DNA from: a virus
Virus record (IMG/VR): IMGVR_UViG_3300025229_000020
Span: 1-63,082 of that record
Reading direction: 5' to 3' (one strand)
Length of the DNA stretch: 63,082 nt
A program made the translations under genes and the position numbers. The notes beneath the pieces are model-generated. The model was given only the letters and a program-made list of their open reading frames with translations, ran no database searches and was not told where the DNA came from. This document shows positions 55,093 through 62,738 of this stretch, piece after piece (positions within the stretch are counted from its first letter, which is position 1; each line of letters begins with the position of its first letter).

Positions 55093-55903
55093 AAATGCGA
55101 GACCAGGTACAAAGATCACAGCGCGTGGCCTTGTTATCCACTGGACCGCCAATCAGGGCAAGGGAGCGAACGCTGTAGCCAATCGAAACTACTTCAACAA
55201 CCCTACTACCATCGCCAGTGCACACTACATCGTCGATGACACGCAGATTGTCCAGTGCCTGCCGGAAAACGAGATGGGCTATCATGTCGGTGCAAATTCG
55301 TACAAGCCAGAAGCACTCAAGCAGCTGAGCTCATATCCAAATAACTGCACGATCGGCATTGAGATGTGCGTCAACTCGGACGGAAACTTCCAGGCAATGT
55401 ATCAAAACACAGTGGAGCACGCTGCAGACATACTAAAGCGGTATGGCTGGGGTGTAGACAAGCTGTGGCGTCACTTCGACATCACAGGGAAAAACTGTCC
55501 AGCTTATTTCGTTTCGGATGACTATGCCCGGCGGTTCACTGGTCTGACGGCGGCACAGGCATGGGCCAAGTTTAAGGATGATGTTCAGCGGTTGCTCACA
55601 GATAATCCACAAAAATCTAACGAATCTGTGGATATCTGTCGGGTCCATCTCGCTTTAAATACATCCGGCATGCTTGTAGGTGGGGTGTCATACCTCCGGG
55701 TACGTGAAATTGCGGAAGCAGTCGGCGCAATTGTTAAATGGGATCCAGACACGAAAAAGGTTACCGTTAACGACGTCGAGATAGCTGTCAGAAACGAAGA
55801 CGGGGTCTCATATGCGGCTGCACGCGAGCTTGCGGCAATACTCGACTTGCAAGTCGAATGGAACGGAACAAACAAAACCGTTACTTTGAAAGGTGGTCTG
55901 TAG
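55055..55903 (+). CDS. N-acetylmuramoyl-L-alanine amidase endolysin
   Basis: LVIHWTAN, SAHYIVDD, GYHVGA, GKNCP (Amidase_2/PGRP). The C-terminal tandem repeats VSYLRVREIAEAVGAIVKWD / VSYAAARELAAILDLQVEWN look like a copper-amine-oxidase-N-like wall-binding domain. Confidence 0.9.
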   Translation: MSPKITEMFLTNKNARPGTKITARGLVIHWTANQGKGANAVANRNYFNNPTTIASAHYIVDDTQIVQCLPENEMGYHVGANSYKPEALKQLSSYPNNCTIGIEMCVNSDGNFQAMYQNTVEHAADILKRYGWGVDKLWRHFDITGKNCPAYFVSDDYARRFTGLTAAQAWAKFKDDVQRLLTDNPQKSNESVDICRVHLALNTSGMLVGGVSYLRVREIAEAVGAIVKWDPDTKKVTVNDVEIAVRNEDGVSYAAARELAAILDLQVEWNGTNKTVTLKGGL

Positions 55904-55904
55904 C

Positions 55905-56216
55905 ATGGACTGGTTCACTCAATTGATGATGTTTCTCCAGGAGTGGGGCGTACTAATCGGCCTGCTCCTTTTTGTTTTAGTAGGGATGGCTACCGATCTG
56001 TTTCCTAAACTGAAGAGCTACATGGATGAGGTCAATCGCCTTTATCCAAACGCCATGCACTTCATAGAAAAGAAGCAGCAATACGTGATCAACTGCTACG
56101 ACAGGTTGCCCGAACGAATCAGAGCAGGCTTTGCTGTCATCGGTGGTAAGAGAGCTTGGTCTTGGCTAGTACGTGCTGGCTACGCATACGTCCGTAGTAA
56201 AATGAAAAAAGAGTAA
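55905..56216 (+). CDS. Membrane protein of the lysis cassette
   Basis: TM segment WGVLIGLLLFVLVGMA; a strong terminator follows. Confidence 0.5.
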   Translation: MDWFTQLMMFLQEWGVLIGLLLFVLVGMATDLFPKLKSYMDEVNRLYPNAMHFIEKKQQYVINCYDRLPERIRAGFAVIGGKRAWSWLVRAGYAYVRSKMKKE

Positions 56217-56220
56217 TCAT

Positions 56221-56262
56221 AGCCCTCCTGCGGAAGAGATCCGTAAGGAGGGCTTTTTTTCG
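56221..56262 (+). terminator. Rho-independent terminator ending the late operon
   Basis: AGCCCTCCT...AGGAGGGCT followed by T7. Confidence 0.85.
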
Positions 56263-56579
56263 TTCCTGTGGACTATAGTAGTTTGACTTCACAGCTGCTT
56301 TATACGGTCTCATGCTGCATGAAAGAGCACAAAACACCGTGAAGCCTTGATACATAAGCGTTAATGGGTAAATTCCGTCGCATTTTTAGTTATAATTCGC
56401 TTCAAGTTTCGTGCTCTTTTTGGTTGTGATTTAGTTGCAATTCGCTTGCAATGCCCAAAATCAGACGGAATTGATGACGGAACACAGGACAAAAACAGAA
56501 CAAAATGCGAACAACCCCTTCCATTGCGGAGTTCATTCCGTTAGAATAAGAACAAACGTTCCTTTTGGAAGGTGATATT

Positions 56580-56780
56580 ATGCAAAAGATTAGCATTGTC
56601 ATGGATGGCCAAATGCAAGCAGTTCCTGTACTGACACCGAAACATTTATCTTTGATCCATAAGATACAAGTAGGGAAGAATTCTAGCCATGCTCCAGACA
56701 TTTTGCGGGACTTGATTGATGCCGGTCTGGTTACCGAACAAGCGGAGGATTCACTACATGGAACCAGACCAATGGCGTGA
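56580..56780 (+). CDS. Small wHTH-like hypothetical protein
   Basis: 66 aa; LSLIHKIQVGKNSSHAPDILRDLIDAGLV; RBS GGAAGGTGA. Confidence 0.45.
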   Translation: MQKISIVMDGQMQAVPVLTPKHLSLIHKIQVGKNSSHAPDILRDLIDAGLVTEQAEDSLHGTRPMA

Positions 56781-57117
56781 AGTTCTCCGTGAGCTCCTCG
56801 TTTATGGGATGTTGTTTAAGGCGGTAGCCAGGGATGCCGACAGCGTTGATCAAGCGGGTCTTAAATTGACGTACCGCCCCATACTGGATAGTATCTCTGT
56901 CTGGGCCGAGAGAAGGCATCATGAATACCGGCGACAATTCGCACGTCTTGGCGGCAAGATTCACCTGCAGGAGACGCGGGATGGATTCACTTACTTTGTC
57001 CTGGTTACCATTCGCGGGAAGCAGGAAGAAAATATCTACAACGTAGAGATCCTGCGTGCAGAGTGCCAGGAACGTCTGAACCAATATTTCAAAGCAATAA
57101 GGATCCCCCCAGCATAG
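56758..57117 (+). CDS. Hypothetical protein
   Basis: 119 aa; RBS GGAGGA; overlaps the upstream gene by 23 nt. Confidence 0.5.
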   Translation: MEPDQWREVLRELLVYGMLFKAVARDADSVDQAGLKLTYRPILDSISVWAERRHHEYRRQFARLGGKIHLQETRDGFTYFVLVTIRGKQEENIYNVEILRAECQERLNQYFKAIRIPPA

Positions 57118-57139
57118 AATGCACAGAGGGAATTACAGG

Positions 57140-57169
57140 GAACTCTCCTTTAACACAGGAGAGTTTTTT
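57140..57169 (+). terminator. Rho-independent terminator
   Basis: AACTCTCCT-ttaacac-AGGAGAGTT followed by T7. Confidence 0.8.
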
Positions 57170-57255
57170 TGCGTCTATCGATGCGTTTTACAATGCGTTT
57201 TACGATGCGTCCGGACGCATACAAAGACGCACGAATAGACGCACTGTAAGACGCA
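57169..57255. repeat. Eight TGCGTC/GACGCA hexamer sites at exact 12-bp phasing, 4+4 inverted about a perfect 16-bp palindrome
   Basis: TGCGT starts at 57169, 57181, 57193 and 57205. GACGCA starts at 57213, 57225, 57237 and 57249. The central sequence ATGCGTCCGGACGCAT is at 57204-57219. The spacers are not conserved. Confidence 0.9.
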
Positions 57256-57583
57256 TATACAAATCCATTCTTATCAACGCTTTCCATCGTTTTTAAAGTG
57301 ACAACATCACGTCATTCTCAAACCGTGAGTTAATATTGCATCGATGTGCAGATTTCGATTTTGAAATTAATACCCCTGTTTTTTCTCCCTCGATGGCACT
57401 ATATTATATCCGGGTTTTACTATGGTCGCAGAAGACTGTTTTTGAGACGTGATGCAAAATGAGCGTAAGCCGCGCCGTCACTGGGCTGGCACGTCAAAGC
57501 AAAGTGTAATTAATACCGATAACAATCGTGATACGCAGAAAAACGATTAATTACAAAATTGATTACAAAAAGCCCGAGGCAGC

Positions 57584-58621
57584 CTATCGGCTACCACGGA
57601 CCATTTCGACCAAACCTCGATCTATTTGATGGTTATGAAGTGGGTGAGATTTCATGGCATCCAGCACCTTACCTTTATCGATCGCGATATAATGCTCCAG
57701 CGTTTGAACGCGGGCATGCCCGGAGATCTCCTTCAGTATGAACAAATCGACTCCCTGCTTATGAAGAAACGTCAGGCAGCTGCGTCGGAGCGCGTGCAGA
57801 CTCAGACCATCCTTGAATACACCTAACCTCTTGGTGTACCCCTTGAACAGCCAATCGATGCCCTTACGCGTGTATGGTTGGCCATATTGCGTCAGAAACA
57901 GCGTTTGGTCGTCAACACCTTGAACAAAAAACTGCCGGCCGCATCTGTACCTGCTGATTCCGGAGCTGCGTTCGCTTTTGCTTGCTTCTTCATAAACGAC
58001 CCCAGTCTGCAGATAGAGCTGCAGGGCGTTGGCCAGTTGGGGGATCATCGGGATAATCCGATCCTTGCCGCCTTTACCGTCACGGACGTGGATGTAATTA
58101 TCTTCGAAATTGACGTCATACGTCTTCAAGCTGACCAACTCGCTGACGCGGATCCCAGTGTACAGGAATGTGGCGAACAACGCATAATCCCTGACTGCGA
58201 ATTTTCCTGTGAGCATGATACCATCCAGCAAGGTCTTTGCCTGCTGCTCACCAAGAGTGATGGGTATGGTGCGTGGGACCTTCATCCCCTGAATATTCTT
58301 GGCGGGATTCTTCACAATGTCGTAGTCGTCGTGGTCCACAAAATATTCGTAGAATGAACGTACCACCGAAATGGCTCTGTTCACAGTCCGCGGGGAAAGT
58401 CCCTGATCCACCAGACTAAACTTGTATTCGCGGATCTCCTGCTGACGCAACTCCAATACATCCCGAGTCGAGAAGTGCTTCATAAACCGTCTCAGATCAC
58501 CCTCGTAGCCGATTAGCGTCTTTGGGCGGGCTCCTCTATCACTTCTCAAGAAAAGCAGGTATTCACGCAAGTAGAGTTCGTTATGGCTGGTCTTTACTAC
58601 CGACAATACGTTTGACTTCAA
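57584..58621 (-). CDS. Tyrosine recombinase (XerC/D-like phage integrase family)
   Basis: N-terminal SAM-like domain (YLREYLLFLRSDRGARPKTLIGYEGDLRRF); GIRVSEL (Arg I); HALRRSCLTFL...GHARVQTLEHY (H-x-x-R, H, Tyr); TTG after GGGGAGG. Confidence 0.9.
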   Translation of the reverse strand: MKSNVLSVVKTSHNELYLREYLLFLRSDRGARPKTLIGYEGDLRRFMKHFSTRDVLELRQQEIREYKFSLVDQGLSPRTVNRAISVVRSFYEYFVDHDDYDIVKNPAKNIQGMKVPRTIPITLGEQQAKTLLDGIMLTGKFAVRDYALFATFLYTGIRVSELVSLKTYDVNFEDNYIHVRDGKGGKDRIIPMIPQLANALQLYLQTGVVYEEASKSERSSGISRYRCGRQFFVQGVDDQTLFLTQYGQPYTRKGIDWLFKGYTKRLGVFKDGLSLHALRRSCLTFLHKQGVDLFILKEISGHARVQTLEHYIAIDKGKVLDAMKSHPLHNHQIDRGLVEMVRGSR

Positions 58622-58817
58622 TCCTATTCCTCCCCTGGGTATGTTCCAGGGCGAGTCCTGATGTGATATGATCTTTTTTATCAGGCACTCGCCTGGTGAT
58701 CGAAAGGGCCGTTTCTTTGTCTGCCAGGACCAGGACGGCTCTTTCTCTATACTTAAACCATACCACCACCTTTCGATAGGAACAAATTTTCTGAGATCGT
58801 ATGTTCTGTTTTATTGT

Positions 58818-58848
58818 GAAAAAGAACAACACCCGGTAGAGTGTTGTC
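58818..58848 (-). terminator. Rho-independent terminator (minus strand)
   Basis: ACAACAC-8 nt-GTGTTGT, followed by a T run on the minus strand; separates the tubRZ-side operon from the integrase gene. Confidence 0.7.
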
Positions 58849-59092
58849 AGGGTAACTCCTGGCTACTCTTTAAATACTCTCTCAACACTTGCAACTCATC
58901 ATCGCTACGTAAATGAACCTCATTACACCGTTCGTCACCGTCAGGAAACATAAAACCTTGAATCAGAATCAAACCTCTGTAACGAGCTCCCATAATTACC
59001 GTCCGCATCTTATCTTCAAAGTTGTTATCATGCAAAACAAAATAACCTAGTTCAACGAACTCTGACATGCGTTTTTCCAACCTTACAAACAT
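58847..59092 (-). CDS. Hypothetical protein
   Basis: ATG 6 nt after AAGGGGGTG; track ORF 58847..59101. Confidence 0.55.
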   Translation of the reverse strand: MFVRLEKRMSEFVELGYFVLHDNNFEDKMRTVIMGARYRGLILIQGFMFPDGDERCNEVHLRSDDELQVLREYLKSSQELP

Positions 59093-59202
59093 ATCAAACA
59101 CCCCCTTAATAGTTTTGAGTCCGAAAATAAACGGTATGTTTAATCTAGTGATCCGCTGACCGCGACGCTTCGATCCGGTCAGCAGACCTGGCTACTCGAT
59201 AA

Positions 59203-59388
59203 CTATTTTGACAAATTGCATTCTGCCACGAAAAACCGACCGCCAGTGAAATAGCCCTTTAGGGTATCTCCAACTTCAAACGGAACTCTTGCCATTCCCA
59301 ACCACCATTTCCCGCCTTCTGGATCACTCAAAATTACCTTTCCATTTTCATCAGTACCAACTACTTTTGCAGCGCCGTGTACTACCAT
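59203..59388 (-). CDS. Hypothetical protein
   Basis: 61 aa; RBS GGAGGA. Confidence 0.5.
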   Translation of the reverse strand: MVVHGAAKVVGTDENGKVILSDPEGGKWWLGMARVPFEVGDTLKGYFTGGRFFVAECNLSK

Positions 59389-59431
59389 CGTCGTCCTCCG
59401 TTCATCACATTACACATTTTGTATCCAGGAC

Positions 59432-59587
59432 TCATTTTGCAGCCTTCGACTGTTTGTAAAGCATGTTCCAGCATGTTTTACAAACCCACCGCTGGTCATT
59501 CGGAATTGGAGACTTCCATAATTCATATCTTTCCCGCGTGCAAGGTTCTCGTTCGCACTTTGATTTAACTGCATTCGTCTGCAACAT
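59432..59587 (-). CDS. Cys-rich 51-aa protein (MLQTNAVKSKCEREPCTRE...WVCKTCWNML)
   Basis: C-x4-C ... C-x2-C; RBS GGGGTGA; below the ORF-track size cutoff. Confidence 0.4.
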   Translation of the reverse strand: MLQTNAVKSKCEREPCTRERYELWKSPIPNDQRWVCKTCWNMLYKQSKAAK

Positions 59588-59653
59588 TGTTCACCCCATT
59601 TTCCAAAATGAGCACTGAGTATCCAGGTACACAGTAACTATTTTTTATAGATG

Positions 59654-59875
59654 CTAGTCTGAAACGACCAAATTGCCACCGACGACTGCGATGTTATGCC
59701 TATCCAATAGGGCATTGTCGCTTTTTAAATCCAAAGGCCGACTCATCATGTACGAAAAGTAATGATCTGTAGCGCAGCTCGGCCTGCAGAAAAACTCATT
59801 CAGAAAATCGCTGTACTCGATCTCCATGTCACTGGTTAACTCTTTGTCGCATGATCGACATTTCTTGCTTTCCAC
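59654..59875 (-). CDS. Zinc-ribbon-like protein downstream of tubZ
   Basis: CRSC...CRPSC; GTG after GGGAGGAAAG. Confidence 0.55.
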   Translation of the reverse strand: MESKKCRSCDKELTSDMEIEYSDFLNEFFCRPSCATDHYFSYMMSRPLDLKSDNALLDRHNIAVVGGNLVVSD

Positions 59876-59902
59876 GCTGTCTTTCCTCCCTACACAGAGA
59901 TC

Positions 59903-61249
59903 CTATTTTTGCTTAAACGGATTTTTGGATTGATCAATTGTAGACGCGGTTTCTTTTTTTGCACTAGCAAATGGGTTTGCTGGAGCGCTTGTGGTAGCAC
60001 GAGATCGGCTCGGTGACTGCTTGAATGGGTTAACGCTCAGTTCTCCGTCAATACCAAAGCCAGACTGTTTGTTTTCACGTTCTTTCTGCTGTCTGATAAG
60101 CTCTTCTGATTCTTCTTTCAGCTTTCGAGCTCTTTCTGGAAGCCCACGCAGGCTGGTTATGGTATAAACCAACGCATGTCTGGAATCCCACGTCGATCTG
60201 CCGTAGTAGACTGGTACGCCTGGAAGCTCTTCCTGCAGCCGGCGATTTATCTTCTCCAGGGTGTTGGAATTAAGCAGATCCTCGCGCTGCTTCGGCATAA
60301 CCACATGTATCCCAAATGCTTTTGTGTCATTAATGTAGTCGAACCCGTTGGCCAGAACGTTACGACCACGGTATGTAGAAACAATTTCGTTGATAAGGTC
60401 GGTTTCGCTTTTCAGATCGTTCTCTTGAAGATTGATCTTTTTCTTTGCAAATGTGAGTACGCCACCAGTCAATAAGAGCTTATTTTTGAAGTCTTCCGCA
60501 TCCAAACTCTTGTCCGATTCAAGCGTCGTGACAACGTTCCATTCATGCAAAATGCTGGCTACCTTATAGTTTGAATATCGGTCCCATGAAATTGCTGACG
60601 CCTCAGTATCGCTCAGGTGATCTTCAATAATTTTTTTATTATCCAGGATGATTAGGCTCTCCAGTGCTCGATATTCGTTTCCTTCATTGTCTGCCCGGAT
60701 CTCTTCAAGTTTTGGAGTCAGTTCTTTAAGGGCGTTATATGCGTTGATGTTCTCATCCATATGCGGATTTGGGAGGCTCACAATAGCGATCACAGGCTTT
60801 CCTACGTAATCCGCCACGACATCGATCATCATGTTGAGTGCTCCCGTACCAGTTCCGCCGCCGAGCGAAGCTACTACACAAATTACCTCTGCATCTTTTA
60901 GTACTCGTTGAATGGCTGCAAAGACTTCCTCTCCGTTGGCTTCTACAGCTTGACGTCCCTTCTCTGGAATCATTCCAGCGCCTCGTTCGAATTCCTTCCC
61001 CTTCAACGCAATACGGTTGTGTTTATCAACATTCTTTAGGCTATCAAGATCGCCCAAATTCGTATTAAAGCACAGTACCGGATAGCAAGGATCGTTGTTC
61101 ACGCTATTTCTGATGCCTGCAAACGCATCGACGATTTTACTTCCGCCTTGACCAATACCTATAAATCCAAACTTCGTCCCGATTGCTGCAGATCTCTGCT
61201 TCACGAAATTTTCTAGGACCCATACGTTATCAAGCATGATTTTGTTCAA
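59903..61249 (-). CDS. tubZ: Tubulin/FtsZ-superfamily GTPase, TubZ-like plasmid-segregation protein
   Basis: GFIGIGQGGSKIV (T1 loop), SLGGGTGTGALN (tubulin signature GGGTGxG), ILDNKK; C-terminal tail with three NPF motifs; TTG start 8 nt after GGGAGG. Confidence 0.85.
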   Translation of the reverse strand: MNKIMLDNVWVLENFVKQRSAAIGTKFGFIGIGQGGSKIVDAFAGIRNSVNNDPCYPVLCFNTNLGDLDSLKNVDKHNRIALKGKEFERGAGMIPEKGRQAVEANGEEVFAAIQRVLKDAEVICVVASLGGGTGTGALNMMIDVVADYVGKPVIAIVSLPNPHMDENINAYNALKELTPKLEEIRADNEGNEYRALESLIILDNKKIIEDHLSDTEASAISWDRYSNYKVASILHEWNVVTTLESDKSLDAEDFKNKLLLTGGVLTFAKKKINLQENDLKSETDLINEIVSTYRGRNVLANGFDYINDTKAFGIHVVMPKQREDLLNSNTLEKINRRLQEELPGVPVYYGRSTWDSRHALVYTITSLRGLPERARKLKEESEELIRQQKERENKQSGFGIDGELSVNPFKQSPSRSRATTSAPANPFASAKKETASTIDQSKNPFKQK

Positions 61250-61250
61250 G

Positions 61251-61637
61251 TTACTCGCCTCCCATAATCTTCTTTACAACCTTGCTCTCATCTAGCAAAT
61301 TTGGATTCGCTTCTAATAAATCCCCTAGTATTTCAGCCGCCATTTCTCCCTGATCAGTCAAATGGTACTTTAATGAAGTTCCGTCAGGATAAAAATCAAC
61401 GAATGTAGTCCCAACCAGCAAAGCAACAGCCTCGTCCACTGTGTAACGAAATTTTTTCGAACCCTCATCAAGCCCTTGGTGTTTTTGGTACTCTTTCAAG
61501 ATGGCAATTTTTGAAATACCTGTCTTATGACTGAATATGATGTAGAAAACATCAAGCGCGGAATCCTTGAGTACTTTTTCGCAAATGTAACGTACGGTAT
61601 CTTTCGTAAACACACATGACTCCCCTTCCACCAACAC
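61251..61637 (-). CDS. tubR: TubR-like small DNA-binding protein (centromere adaptor)
   Basis: About 120-128 aa gene immediately upstream of tubZ (1-nt gap); wHTH-like HKTGISKIAILKEYQKH; the likely true start is GTG 61613 after GGAAGGGGAG. Confidence 0.55.
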   Translation of the reverse strand: MLVEGESCVFTKDTVRYICEKVLKDSALDVFYIIFSHKTGISKIAILKEYQKHQGLDEGSKKFRYTVDEAVALLVGTTFVDFYPDGTSLKYHLTDQGEMAAEILGDLLEANPNLLDESKVVKKIMGGE

Positions 61638-61649
61638 AATTATGGCGCG

Positions 61650-61673
61650 CTATTGTCTGCACTATTGTGTCGC
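61650..61673. repeat. Two tandem 12-bp repeats CTATTGTnTnnn just upstream of tubR
   Basis: CTATTGTCTGCA (61650-61661) and CTATTGTGTCGC (61662-61673). Confidence 0.6.
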
Positions 61674-61725
61674 GCAATTACATAGTACCATCATTCAGAA
61701 ATAATTGGCAATAGCAAAGTTGTAT

Positions 61726-61918
61726 GAACCAGTACGACCCATCAACGCATTCGTACGTAATCATACAGACTTTATACTTATGCCATCGTATTAAGTCGCA
61801 CAATTACGCACTTGCAAATCTGCTTGTGCGACACAAACTATTGATTATTAAGGGAAACTAGCTAATGATCGAAACAGTACGACCTATCAAACTAATCATA
61901 CGTATGCCGTCATTAAAG
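61726..61918. repeat. Composite direct repeat pair in the tubR / tubY-like intergenic region (candidate tubC)
   Basis: GAAnCAGTACGACCnATCAA at 61726-61745 and 61871-61890 (18/20). TAATCATAC at 61758 and 61893. TATGCCnTC..ATTAAG at 61779 and 61903. GTCGC(G/A)CAATTAC at 61669 and 61795, with an inverted copy at 61824-61832. Confidence 0.7.
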
Positions 61919-61976
61919 ATTACTCTCTTACGAACTTCATACTCATGTGCTAGTCTTAGGCTATGGGGGTGATATC

Positions 61977-62738
61977 TTGCAACAACAGATTTTCTATTTC
62001 ACTGCTCAAGTAGCTGAGAAATTCGATACGACTGCCACAAGCGTATATCGTTGGTCGGAAACCCTGGAGGAGAACGGCTACAAATTCGTTCGCGACGATC
62101 GCGGTCAACGTGCATATAGAGACATCGATGTTGAGGCATTAGCGCGATTGATCGAGTTAAAAGATGGCTTACGTATGAAGGTGGAGACAGCAGCACGTAA
62201 GGTTGTGGAGGAGTTCGCTGACCGGATCGAGGTGAATATGGAGCTCCTGGAACGTAAACCAGAAATCACTTTACCGGATACTCCAGAGAAGTTCATGCAA
62301 ATGCTCCAGGGCATCACGAGCGCATATCATGAGGTCGTCAATACAAACGAGCGACTTGCAGCTGAGCTGCAAGAAACAAAAGTAGAGATGCAGGCGATCC
62401 GTCAGCAACTGCAGGCGTTACCAGAAGCAAGCAACCAGTTGGAGAAGAAACTGGAGTCGTTGGTCAGTACAGAAAAGCTCAGCCATGACGTCCGGACATT
62501 CGTTCGTTCGTCACAATTTGACCTGCGGTTGCTGGAGTTGGAGGTCACCAAGGAGCTGCGCAAACAGGCCCTGGACGAGTGGGGGAGGCTTCCCGATTCA
62601 GAGCGGTACATAAAGTCGTTTCTCTCCAAGCGCGAGAATATGGAGAAGCGGCACGATTTCGTGAACAGGTACGTTGACGATCGACTACCTGAAGAGATGA
62701 AAAAAAGGCTAAATCGTGATATGGGGGAGTTGTCTTGA
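61977..62738 (+). CDS. MerR-type HTH + coiled-coil protein (TubY-like)
   Basis: FTAQVAEKFDTTATSVYRWSETLEENGYKFVRDDRGQRAYRDIDVEALARLIELKD is a MerR-like HTH, followed by a long coiled coil. Divergent from tubRZ. TTG after GGGGGTGA. Confidence 0.55.
   Translation: MQQQIFYFTAQVAEKFDTTATSVYRWSETLEENGYKFVRDDRGQRAYRDIDVEALARLIELKDGLRMKVETAARKVVEEFADRIEVNMELLERKPEITLPDTPEKFMQMLQGITSAYHEVVNTNERLAAELQETKVEMQAIRQQLQALPEASNQLEKKLESLVSTEKLSHDVRTFVRSSQFDLRLLELEVTKELRKQALDEWGRLPDSERYIKSFLSKRENMEKRHDFVNRYVDDRLPEEMKKRLNRDMGELS

Noticed and set aside
57169-57255. Possibility that the regularly spaced repeats are a CRISPR array
   Set aside because: The period is only 12 bp with a 6-bp conserved core, and the orientation flips at the centre. 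This is incompatible with CRISPR repeat-spacer dimensions, and no cas genes are present.
57063-57296. 77-aa plus-strand ORF translating as ..DAFYNAFYDASGRIQRRTNRRTVRR..
   Set aside because: It starts inside the preceding CDS, runs through a terminator, and reads straight across the 12-bp iteron array. The repetitive peptide is a by-product of the DNA repeats.
58581-58832. 83-aa minus-strand ORF overlapping the integrase start
   Set aside because: Its N-terminus is made of the terminator hairpin and T run at 58818-58848, and the rest covers the integrase promoter, leader and RBS. No convincing RBS of its own was found.
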